Below, in pieces: positions 19,428 to 28,338 of a DNA stretch of 52,110 nt (positions are counted from its first letter, which is position 1; each line of letters starts with the position of its first letter). The notes beneath the pieces are model-generated. The model ran no database searches. It was not told the origin of the DNA and was given only the letters and a program-made list of their open reading frames with translations. This stretch comes from Candidatus Zixiibacteriota bacterium (GTDB lineage: Bacteria; Zixibacteria; MSB-5A5; UBA10806; 4484-95), in NCBI GenBank assembly GCA_029932605.1, contig JAOZPT010000004.1, positions 40,203 through 92,312 on the forward strand. The letters run 5' to 3'. The position numbers and the translations under genes were made by a program.

Positions 19428-19628
19428 TTACTTCCACCAATATCCAGCCTTTGAAATGATTATTAAGGCAATCCCGATTACTCCAAAGATATACCCTATA
19501 GCTTTTATTCTCTCCTTATTCACATAATCCATTAAATTCAAACGTTTAATAACGACCCCTGGCATGATGGAAACTATAACGCCTGCCAGTAATATTATAA
19601 ACCCGCTAATTATCAATATAATATTCAT
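19428..19628 (-). CDS. Small 2-TM membrane protein, paralog of 23532-23726
   Basis: 38/64 identical residues, ungapped, to the 64-aa ORF at 23532-23726 (counted by hand). Confidence 0.7.
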   Translation of the reverse strand: MNIILIISGFIILLAGVIVSIMPGVVIKRLNLMDYVNKERIKAIGYIFGVIGIALIIISKAGYWWK

Positions 19629-20064
19629 ACCAGGATGACGTGATTCCTCCTTTTAAAAACTCACCCAATATTTACAACGTAACGCTACAAAAAAATCCTT
19701 ATATAAAATAGATTATCTCACTTCCATTAAGCCTGCCATTTGCGACTAATTAGGCCAACCATTCATCCTATTATATTTAAAAAAGAGGATATTGAAGCCT
19801 GCGCATAGAAACCGAGTAAGTCTCCGGGTCCTTCTTTTATGATATAGAGCGAGAAATTGAAGATCCATCTCCAAAGGTGACCTGTCCTGGTATCCGACAT
19901 GTTTGAACATTGTTCCCTCTCACATCAAACGCTTTGTCATACTGACGACATTGCAATGGACTCGAAGTATTTTCTTATCTGTTCCAATATGTCATTCAGC
20001 TTAATTGTCATTCTCGACCTAGACGGGCCCTGAATCGAGTTCCGGATAAAAATCATATCGCCTG

Positions 20065-22035
20065 TCAGCGTGTAACATCATAAAGACTTTCTCTATTCGC
20101 TTTTAGGAATACCCCGGATTCATTGCGCTTATTTGTGTCATTATCTTTGTAGAAGCGGTTAATTTCTTCCATGACAATTTTTAAGATATCTGGTGGCGGT
20201 CTAGATGCCTTCAGATTAATATCCTCTAACTTGTATTTTTTGGTGTAAAAGGGATATATCTCATAGACATTATCGTCAATGATGAATGCATGATTGACAT
20301 AGTTTCCGATGACAAAGGGACGCAACTCAGTTTGCTTCTCAAACAAGTTTCTCCCATTGCTGTAGTCCCCAATGTCGTTCGTACAGCCGAAGATTTCTTG
20401 AAGAAGAGTCGGCACGACGTCAATATGGGATGTCCTATACTCAATCTGCTGCGGCTCCCTATCTGGTATATACAGGACCAGCGGAACCATGGTTTGATAT
20501 TTAGTGAAATTACCTCCATGCCCCCAGTAATTAGCTCTATTATCGTTTAACTCGTCAGAATGATCGGTCGTGATGATGATTACTGTATTCGCCATGTCTC
20601 CAAGCGAATCTATCTGTTTAATGATTTCACCTATAAGCCGATCAACATAGTGAGTTGAGTTCATGTAATCATTCCGATAATATACAGGGTCTGTGTTATC
20701 CTTAGCAAACATTATATTGATATCTTCGGCAGGAAGGAAAATGGAATCCTCTTTGGGATATCTATAAGGAAAGTGGTTAGACTTATAAAAAGCAAACGCC
20801 ATGTATGGATTCCGACTGCAGTGTTGTTTTCGTATGAAAGAGAGTAATTGTTCGGTCATATCCTTATCCTGTTCCACACTATTCTTTCCGGCAAATGACT
20901 CGTGTATTTCGATACCACGAAAAATAGTATCTTTGATCTTGTGCCGCTTAAATTGTGACTTGGCGTAAATACCAAAAATATACTTGTTATCTTTTAGTGC
21001 ATCGATGAATACCGGATTATAGATGAAGTCACTATTAGCCTTTACCGCCGTCCAGTAAGTTGGATGAAGACTGTAAAATAAGCCAAAGATACCAGCGACT
21101 GTTGAGTTACCCGAACTGAAATGGTTAAGAAAGACAGATGATTTCTGAGAGAGAGAAAAGATATTCGGAGTTACATTCTCGTTCATCATATCAAAACGCC
21201 AGCTTTCTAAAAAAATAATGACGATGTTCGGAAGCTTCCTGTTTGAAGACGGACTGTACTTCATTTCGCTTAGTGGATAATTCAATAAACTCTGTGATTC
21301 TTTCGCTATACTTACTGATTCAGACTCACTGATAGGAAAAAGTCTCCCATACTTGACAGCATCTCTATGTGAAATAATCGGGATGTAGAGTGGCAGATGA
21401 GGTGTAAGACTGGTGATTTGGTTGACGTTTCTCTCATAGGCAAAGACATGGATAACCTGGCTGACGCCAAAAGTCAGGATCGTAAGTAACCAGAAGGTCG
21501 CAACAAGAAACCTGGGCTTTTTGATTCTCCAAGCGATAACGAAAATACCCACCTCAGCTCCGATAATTCCAAACAAGGCCATAATTATGTTACGGATTGT
21601 AGAAGTCTGTAGCCCAAAAGCTTTAAAATCATATAATATCCATTCGAGCCAGAAGAGATCAATGTGAATCTTAGCTATGTTATAAACAAAATGATCTATC
21701 AGCAGGTAGTGAACGAATATTGTAATTACTGCACCAAGGGGGATGAACAACAGCTTTTTAAAAGGAAAAAATATCAGGAGCAATAGCGAGGCAACTATCA
21801 ATAGCGGTAAGATATAATATCCTAAAACAACGCATGAAAAATAAAACCATGTCACTGGAGTAAAGTTGACATGTCTCATATTCAGTAGAAAGATCAAGTA
21901 GATCGGTGGTACGTTGAGTACCAATATCATGATAAGGTATCGATATAAATCAGATATTTTATTGGGCCATCCCATTGCACTGTATGAGCAATCTACTGGC
22001 GGTTTTCGTCTGATAGCAACTTGATTTGACGCCAT
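20065..22035 (-). CDS. YejM/PbgA-like inner-membrane sulfatase-fold protein (DUF3413 + sulfatase)
   Basis: Five N-terminal TM segments; PNIVIIFLESWR, HFSSGNST..GIFGLFY, TTDH, YWGH, SHIDVVPTL. Confidence 0.75.
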   Translation of the reverse strand: MASNQVAIRRKPPVDCSYSAMGWPNKISDLYRYLIMILVLNVPPIYLIFLLNMRHVNFTPVTWFYFSCVVLGYYILPLLIVASLLLLIFFPFKKLLFIPLGAVITIFVHYLLIDHFVYNIAKIHIDLFWLEWILYDFKAFGLQTSTIRNIIMALFGIIGAEVGIFVIAWRIKKPRFLVATFWLLTILTFGVSQVIHVFAYERNVNQITSLTPHLPLYIPIISHRDAVKYGRLFPISESESVSIAKESQSLLNYPLSEMKYSPSSNRKLPNIVIIFLESWRFDMMNENVTPNIFSLSQKSSVFLNHFSSGNSTVAGIFGLFYSLHPTYWTAVKANSDFIYNPVFIDALKDNKYIFGIYAKSQFKRHKIKDTIFRGIEIHESFAGKNSVEQDKDMTEQLLSFIRKQHCSRNPYMAFAFYKSNHFPYRYPKEDSIFLPAEDINIMFAKDNTDPVYYRNDYMNSTHYVDRLIGEIIKQIDSLGDMANTVIIITTDHSDELNDNRANYWGHGGNFTKYQTMVPLVLYIPDREPQQIEYRTSHIDVVPTLLQEIFGCTNDIGDYSNGRNLFEKQTELRPFVIGNYVNHAFIIDDNVYEIYPFYTKKYKLEDINLKASRPPPDILKIVMEEINRFYKDNDTNKRNESGVFLKANRESLYDVTR

Positions 22036-22106
22036 ACAGCCAGTTTTGCTTCCTTTTCAACGCATATGTAGAGTTTCTTCATTTCACATCCCATCAAACG
22101 CTTTTC

Positions 22107-22476
22107 TCAGCAGGGGAATAACAACAACAGAGCTGTGAGCAGAAAAGCCTTCATAGCAGATTCAAATTGGATTCCACATGCTTTCGAACGAATCCGATCC
22201 ATTAAGGTCTTATCCCGGAGTTTTTTCTTCCTGATCCATATTACGCGAGCCTCACGCGGCTAAGACTATTCAGGTTTTCTCTCGCGCTTGGAGTAAGCCT
22301 ATGGCTACTACCCAGAATGGCAAGAATAGGCAGACTCGTCACCAGCGACTTTTGTCGGAGAAAATAAGTCCTATGGCAATAATTGATACCGCTCCAAGTA
22401 CTAGGGTCCCAATCTCCTTTCTCTTCTGGCATTCGCGCGGTCCTACATTGATTGCCGGTTTACATTGATTTATCAT
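22107..22476 (-). pseudogene. Unannotated membrane-protein gene with three in-frame UGAs and a frameshift; possible decayed selenoprotein (QAREKT-U)
   Basis: MINQCKPAINVGPRECQKRKEIGTLVLGAVSIIAIGLIFSDKSRW*RVCLFLPFWVVAIGLLQAREKT*IVLAA*GSRNMDQEEK, then a shift to LRDKTLMDRIRSKACGIQFESAMKAFLLTALLLLFPC*. Confidence 0.65.
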
Positions 22477-22702
22477 TAACCACACCACTTTTGCTCAGGG
22501 GTTTAATCGCTGAAATTACAACGTCCAATAAAAAATACATCCGGATAAATCTGCCAAACTCTTCCCTAATCTCAATCCAGTTAGGCACTGACTTTCTAGA
22601 AAGCTCCAAGGTTCCTCTCTATCAGTCTTTCCTTTTTTAGGAATAACCGACTTCCGTTAAGCCCCATACCATTGAAGATATGGGGCATAATACGTTAGCA
22701 TC

Positions 22703-23371
22703 TTATTTAGAAACCGGAAAATAATACCTTATACCAGCACCGAAAGTGAAAAATCCCTGATTTTCGAAATCGTTGCCAAACTTGTCCTCGTCTTTCATGA
22801 AAACAAAATGATAATCCAACCCCCCATAGAAAGCCAGTTCCGGGGCAGACGAGACAGGGAATCCTTCCAATCCTGCTCCGAAGTTTATGCCAAGGCTGGA
22901 TTTTTTGAATTCTTCACCATTCGGTAAAACGATAGCATCGCCGGTTAAGCCATCATCGGTTATTTTCCAGGGATAGAATCCGAGTCCCAAAGAAGCGAAG
23001 GGATTAATCTTCGAGTCCACCGGCATTATCGAACCGAAATTGAAAACACCCTTCAAATAGGCTGATGGGAAATTCAGAACTGGTTCGGGATTAGGCGCCC
23101 TTTTTTCCTCTTTGACCTTCATCCAGCTGTAGTTAAATCCGGCCCGGACAGTCACCTCCTTTACGACCGTGTAACCCAGATCCAAACCGAAATAAGGTCC
23201 CAGGTCAACTATGTCTTTAAGGTCGTCCTGAGTGTCGTAGGCACCGTTTAGCGGTAATATGCCGCCGAACCTGCCGCCAGCAGAAACGTTGTTTGAGAAA
23301 TCCAAGGCGTACGCACTACCTGTCATAATCAGCGCCACCCCGAGCATTAGCACTAAAAACAACCGTTTCAT
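22703..23371 (-). CDS. Outer-membrane beta-barrel protein (OmpA/OmpW-like, 8-stranded type)
   Basis: Signal peptide ending AYA, amphipathic strands, C-terminal GAGIRYYF, GGAGG RBS. Confidence 0.75.
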   Translation of the reverse strand: MKRLFLVLMLGVALIMTGSAYALDFSNNVSAGGRFGGILPLNGAYDTQDDLKDIVDLGPYFGLDLGYTVVKEVTVRAGFNYSWMKVKEEKRAPNPEPVLNFPSAYLKGVFNFGSIMPVDSKINPFASLGLGFYPWKITDDGLTGDAIVLPNGEEFKKSSLGINFGAGLEGFPVSSAPELAFYGGLDYHFVFMKDEDKFGNDFENQGFFTFGAGIRYYFPVSK

Positions 23372-23531
23372 AAAAGTACCTCCTTGTTATGCCATAAACG
23401 GCGGTTTAGATTTTTGTGGGCATTAATCTCCTACAGGTGCCTCATTTACATAAATATCATCAAGCCGATAGATCATAGCCTAATCTCCCTGAGCCAAGGT
23501 TATTGTAAAATGTTTTTGCTTTTGATCACTT

Positions 23532-23726
23532 TCACAAATATTTACTCCTTGAAATAATTATCAGGACAATCCCGATTACTCCGAAGACAAATCCTAAAAC
23601 CTTTATCTTTCCTTCACTCACATAATCTGCTAGGTTCAAGTACTTGATGGAAGTTCCCGGCAAGATTGAGACAACAAATCCAGCCAGAAATATTATTACG
23701 CCGATGATACCCAGTATGTTACTCAT
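23532..23726 (-). CDS. Small 2-TM membrane protein
   Basis: Follows the radical SAM gene; paralog at 19428-19628. Confidence 0.7.
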   Translation of the reverse strand: MSNILGIIGVIIFLAGFVVSILPGTSIKYLNLADYVSEGKIKVLGFVFGVIGIVLIIISRSKYL

Positions 23727-23763
23727 GCAGGTATATCCATACTATTTATCGTTTTAACTATTT

Positions 23764-25224
23764 CTATCCTGCCATTCTTTTTCGCTCAGGAAGCAAGTAT
23801 TTCTCTTCCCAGATAGGACAGGAAATATGACCAACCTTATCTCCATATTCAGCCAGTCCTTCCCCATAAGCATGATCCTCTAATGCCTTAGCGCCGTTTT
23901 CGTCAATAGGCAGAGCATGAACTTTGTCAATAATGGCTCGCATTTCTCGATGATGGTCTCGAATTGGACATGGCACGAGTAAGTTTCCTCTTTCACAGTT
24001 TGGTTTATCGTAAAAGTATTTGCGCTGCCAATTTCTGACATCCTTGAACAGCGAAGAGAAAACAACCGTATTTAAATCACCTCCGCTGGCATAGACATCC
24101 TTGATGTTGTGCACCGAAAAAGGATTGAAGGCGCAAGGAGCAACTGCTCCATTCCAGTCAATATAAAAGTATCCACCACCATATCCGCCTCCTGCAGAGA
24201 TACACCCGTTAGACACCACACCTGAATTCCAGAAGTCGGCAACGAATAGTTTCCGTTCCCGAACCAGTTTCCAGGTGCGTTCATACATGCTAAGACGTTG
24301 TTCCGGGGTAACCATCATTTCCAGGGTATAACTGCGACCGATAGGCATATACTGGAAGAGCCACTGATACAATGCACCTTGTTGTTCGAAGAAGAAATCG
24401 ATAAACTCGTCATCAAGAATGCGCTCGGCATTATGTTTAAAGCCGGTAGTTGAAATGCCGAAAGGAACACCAGCATTACGCAGGTTCTCAAAAGCTTTTA
24501 AAATTAGTTTAAATACTCCTTTGCCTCGACGGTCGTCCGTTTCCTTTTCAAAACCCTCGACAGAAATAGCCGGTGTTACGTTTCCCAGTTCGCCAAGACG
24601 TTTAGCTACTTTAGGAGTAATCAGGGTCCCGTTGGTATAGACAAGAAAATACTGGTCGGAGTGCCGTTCGAATAAATCCAGTATATTTTCCCCATCATCT
24701 TTGTAGAGGAAGGGTTCCCCGCCTGTAATCACTGTAAAATGGCTTCGCCAGAGATTTTTCTTTTCCTCCATTATTCTGTCGATAATTTCGTATGGCATTG
24801 TAGTTCTTCGCGAGGGGGCACTACCGGCATAGCAGCCTTTACATTTAAGGTTACAGCGACCGGTGGGAGCGATAACAATAAATCCTGGTGGATTCATGCC
24901 ATGTTTTTTAACATACTGCTGGCTTATGTCATCGGGCTTTAACATAATCTTTCCCAGAAGAACCTCAACCAGCTTGTGTTGTGCATTTTTTCCGATAAGC
25001 CCCTGTGAAAGACCTCTTTCAGTTGAGGATATCATTGCCTTCAACATGTCCAATTTATCCCTCTGCACTCCTACAGGGAAATTTTTAGTATTACGCTCAA
25101 TCATGTAATGATAGGCAACTTTCTCTAAAAACTTCGCTGCGGTTGGTCTGAGAAACGATACAGATGCAGCAAGGTTTAATATACTGACCTCAGCCTTTTG
25201 AGGTATGGCATCTACGATGTTCAT
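23764..25224 (-). CDS. Radical SAM protein with a SPASM/twitch-like C-terminal domain
   Basis: PTGRCNLKCKGCYA, TGGEPF, YTNGTLI, CISAG...YIDWNG.V.PC, CPIRDH. Confidence 0.9.
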   Translation of the reverse strand: MNIVDAIPQKAEVSILNLAASVSFLRPTAAKFLEKVAYHYMIERNTKNFPVGVQRDKLDMLKAMISSTERGLSQGLIGKNAQHKLVEVLLGKIMLKPDDISQQYVKKHGMNPPGFIVIAPTGRCNLKCKGCYAGSAPSRRTTMPYEIIDRIMEEKKNLWRSHFTVITGGEPFLYKDDGENILDLFERHSDQYFLVYTNGTLITPKVAKRLGELGNVTPAISVEGFEKETDDRRGKGVFKLILKAFENLRNAGVPFGISTTGFKHNAERILDDEFIDFFFEQQGALYQWLFQYMPIGRSYTLEMMVTPEQRLSMYERTWKLVRERKLFVADFWNSGVVSNGCISAGGGYGGGYFYIDWNGAVAPCAFNPFSVHNIKDVYASGGDLNTVVFSSLFKDVRNWQRKYFYDKPNCERGNLLVPCPIRDHHREMRAIIDKVHALPIDENGAKALEDHAYGEGLAEYGDKVGHISCPIWEEKYLLPERKRMAG

Positions 25225-25255
25225 TTTAACCGACTCCTTTGTTTAAGGGCGTGAT

Positions 25256-26596
25256 TTAAAATGAATATTTTACCTTAAAATAAATTTCGTCGTTTTCCTT
25301 GAATTGCCCGAATTGCGTTGATGAATCTCCGGCCAGCAGAAAACTACCTGTAATCAACTCTATGTTGTCCTTGGGGTAGTAAGTCAGTTCAGGACCCCCG
25401 AAGTAGGCAGAACGATTTTCTATGTCATCGAAATTTGCAACCTCAGCGGCTATAACCATTCGGGTTTTCAGGTCTTCGTGAAAGAATTTCTTTTCAAGGG
25501 CAATGAGGAAATAATCTTCTATGTTGTCAACGCCGCGGTCAGTGTAAAATCCATGTAGATACTGGCCATTGATATATATTCCGTTTTTAAATGTATAATC
25601 ACCGCCAACAACATATTTAAAATAAGGCTTATCATCTAAGACAAGCTGTTCCTGTGTTTCGTTGGGAGAAGTAATAATAGTATATATTTTCTTCTCCGGT
25701 AGGAACATAGCGCACTCAGCCCATATGCCTATATCACCTATGGTACCAGCCATATCTGCTCCTACAATCTGATGCCTGGGGTATTCTAAAGTCAAATGGA
25801 CATCCGTAGTGCCAAGGGTATCGATAGTAATTATATCTGCTTTGGTTAACAACGCCCACTCATCCCGCCCATACACGTAAGAAAGCGACCAGTCATAATC
25901 CAGCAGAGTCCTTTTTATTCTTAATCCTAAGATTGCGGAATCTTGAGGACGGTTTTTTGGTAAGATAACCTCATCATCTAAAGTTCGTAGATTCAACTCT
26001 GGTGGGAGCGTAAACGAAACAGGCGCCTGCCAGTTTGAAGGCAAGGACCTTGCAGGAGTGAAAACCGGGACAATAACCCCTGTGACAATGAAATCTCCAG
26101 GGTAATAATCAAACCGCAGAGACATGGTGGGTATTTTCTGACTGAAATTTAGGATATCCTCGAAATCATCCGGATTCAGGTTGTCAACTACGTTCAGCTT
26201 ATCCGCTGTACCCCAGGCGATACGCTGTTTCCCGACCCGTATATCTAAATTTTCAAGGAATAAACCATAAATATCAACATATGCTTCATAGAGTTCTAAT
26301 CTCAATGGCTGAATATAATCACTATCACGAAGCCGATCTGTTTGCTGGATATCTGGAAAGCCAAAGTTACGGAAGCGAAGTTCACTAAACCCTGAAACTC
26401 CGTCTGCACTTGCGGTAACCTTCAATCCTAAACGGTTCTCGTTCCAGGTATATTGGTCATCGCCTTTGGGTCGCAACCGGTTATCGGTATTGATATAACC
26501 GCCAATATTAGTTTCAGCTTTGACGCTGGTAGTAAGAACCAGTATGGTGAGTATTATTCCAGCGCATAGGAAAAATGTTTTCATCTCAGGCTCCAT
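25256..26596 (-). CDS. Outer-membrane beta-barrel (DUF1302-like)
   Basis: Signal peptide, LYEAYVD...RVGKQRIAWGTAD...NP.D, C-terminal KVKYSF. Confidence 0.7.
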   Translation of the reverse strand: MEPEMKTFFLCAGIILTILVLTTSVKAETNIGGYINTDNRLRPKGDDQYTWNENRLGLKVTASADGVSGFSELRFRNFGFPDIQQTDRLRDSDYIQPLRLELYEAYVDIYGLFLENLDIRVGKQRIAWGTADKLNVVDNLNPDDFEDILNFSQKIPTMSLRFDYYPGDFIVTGVIVPVFTPARSLPSNWQAPVSFTLPPELNLRTLDDEVILPKNRPQDSAILGLRIKRTLLDYDWSLSYVYGRDEWALLTKADIITIDTLGTTDVHLTLEYPRHQIVGADMAGTIGDIGIWAECAMFLPEKKIYTIITSPNETQEQLVLDDKPYFKYVVGGDYTFKNGIYINGQYLHGFYTDRGVDNIEDYFLIALEKKFFHEDLKTRMVIAAEVANFDDIENRSAYFGGPELTYYPKDNIELITGSFLLAGDSSTQFGQFKENDEIYFKVKYSF

Positions 26597-26619
26597 TTTA
26601 CTGTTAGAGTTGGTAAAAA

Positions 26620-27366
26620 TTAACGCCTTTTCAGATACCGTTGGGTGAACTTTTTATCAGGAATGCCCTGATCGTGCTTGATATCTGTCATCTCCATAAT
26701 GGTCTTATGCTGCTCCTGGACATTTTCCATTTCGATATGTTTAGGTGTCCAGTAACCATCAAGTTTTTCGGTATCCGTCTGGTTCATAATTTTCAGGAGA
26801 CGATCCGACCGATCATAAAACTCGACCTTATCCGGCAACATGGTTTGTTTATTAGCCCACATAACCAGTTTACTGTAATCAATCTCGGATTCAGGTTTTG
26901 GCGTTAGCTCCAGGACGTAATACTGGTCAGTCTCTTCTCTGAGAACTGGCGTATAGTTTTTTACATAATCATTCTGCGCCATATCATCGTAGGTGAAATC
27001 TGTTCCCATAAAGTTTTCATTCTTGACATGCGAGGCGATACGACGGATTTTAGCAAATGCAGGCATGTACAGATACATCAAATCATCTTCTAATACTAAG
27101 AAACCAACCCCTTTGACATCAGCCGGGGCATTGAAACGGATCAGACGTTTTTCAGGTCCTTTTTGAAAGATGGTTAGTTCACGATTTTTTATGTTCCCTT
27201 TCTTATCGATAAGCTGCATCTTCACGATTGCCTCTCGGTCGATCGGTGCATTCAAAGCATCTTCCACTGCCTGGAGGATCTCTACAGGATTAGAAGCATG
27301 ACCAAGGGCATATAAACCAATGGTTAGTGACAAACACATGCTAATGTAAATTTGGTGTGCGCGCAT
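26620..27366 (-). CDS. Outer-membrane lipoprotein-sorting (LolA-like) periplasmic protein
   Basis: RF..PADVKG..FL....MYLYMPA..KIRRI......FMGTDFTYDD motif. Confidence 0.85.
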   Translation of the reverse strand: MRAHQIYISMCLSLTIGLYALGHASNPVEILQAVEDALNAPIDREAIVKMQLIDKKGNIKNRELTIFQKGPEKRLIRFNAPADVKGVGFLVLEDDLMYLYMPAFAKIRRIASHVKNENFMGTDFTYDDMAQNDYVKNYTPVLREETDQYYVLELTPKPESEIDYSKLVMWANKQTMLPDKVEFYDRSDRLLKIMNQTDTEKLDGYWTPKHIEMENVQEQHKTIMEMTDIKHDQGIPDKKFTQRYLKRR

Positions 27367-27381
27367 AGCGGTCTCCTTATT

Positions 27382-28338
27382 TTAGTTTTTAATAAGATTA
27401 TTAAGCTCCTTTTTGGCAGCTAGCTCACCTGCTTCTATGGCCTCCTTGGCTCGGGTGAACTCCCATAATTGAATAAAGCCAACATCAGGTTTTATAATAA
27501 TATCAGGTGGGCATATCTCGAAATGGAGACGGGTTAATTCCTGTTCAGCGATGGTTACCGATTGCCAGAATATCTTAAAGAGGTTCGGGATCATTGTAGT
27601 TTCACCGGTTAATTGAATTTCCGGACTGGAGTTATCAGCTTTATCCGATCTAAGTAGAAAACGCGCCATACGCTGGTAAATAGTCCCAGAGGGAATCTTC
27701 TGATATATTCTCGAACTGATGTTGGGATGAGATTCATTCTGGTTGTTATCAGATATTCCTATCGCTTCTATAGGAGACAACGAAACATCAACAGCGATAA
27801 CCTTATCAGCCCCCATTTGCTTAACCACGTCAACCGGTACCGGGTCTACAAGTCCGCCATCCACTAAGGTATATTTTCCGATTCTGACTGGATGGAAGAT
27901 TACCGGTATGGAGATACTGGCTCTTACGGCTTCGACAAGATTCCCCTGAGAGACGACAATCTGCTCACCGGTGTAGAGATCAGTTGATACAGCACTAAAA
28001 GGGATTTTCAGATCTTCGATTTTTACTTCTCCAAATAACGATTGCAAAAATGGCATTAAAGATCTGTCAGAGATCATACCACGGGATGAAATTGAAGGAG
28101 AAAAGAGCTTAATCATAAGTTTCCAATTAAGATTCTCGACGATTTGAACCATATCATGGCTAGAAATTCCCGCTGCGTAGGCAGCTCCAACTAAAGCTCC
28201 CATACTTGATCCAGCAATCCAACCGATTTTGATACCGGTTTTCTCAAAATACTTTAAAACACCGATATGGGCTAATCCACGAGCAGCGCCACTGCCCAAA
28301 GCCAATCCCGCAGGTTGATTTAAATTGATGTTTCTCAT
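27382..28338 (-). CDS. Patatin-like phospholipase (RssA/NTE family)
   Basis: LGSGAARGLAHIG, GSSMG (GxSxG), ASISIP, DGG. Confidence 0.92.
   Translation of the reverse strand: MRNINLNQPAGLALGSGAARGLAHIGVLKYFEKTGIKIGWIAGSSMGALVGAAYAAGISSHDMVQIVENLNWKLMIKLFSPSISSRGMISDRSLMPFLQSLFGEVKIEDLKIPFSAVSTDLYTGEQIVVSQGNLVEAVRASISIPVIFHPVRIGKYTLVDGGLVDPVPVDVVKQMGADKVIAVDVSLSPIEAIGISDNNQNESHPNISSRIYQKIPSGTIYQRMARFLLRSDKADNSSPEIQLTGETTMIPNLFKIFWQSVTIAEQELTRLHFEICPPDIIIKPDVGFIQLWEFTRAKEAIEAGELAAKKELNNLIKN

Noticed and set aside
22241..22432. 63-aa ORF in the track
   Set aside because: An alternative frame of the QAREKT pseudogene with no protein-like features.
22107..22476. Genome-wide UGA reassignment (Trp/Gly) as the explanation for the in-frame UGAs
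   Set aside because: gltX, sixA and rarA end normally at TGA, long genes have no scattered UGAs, and Trp is encoded by TGG.
22661..22686. GCCCCATA/TATGGGGC hairpin as a terminator of the barrel gene
   Set aside because: The stem is real, but there is no convincing U-tract on the minus strand; left uncalled.
26206..26216. CTGTACCCCAG match to the tRNA-Gln 3' end as an attR site
   Set aside because: Only 11 bp, and it lies inside an intact ORF encoding the conserved WGTA motif, so it is probably chance.
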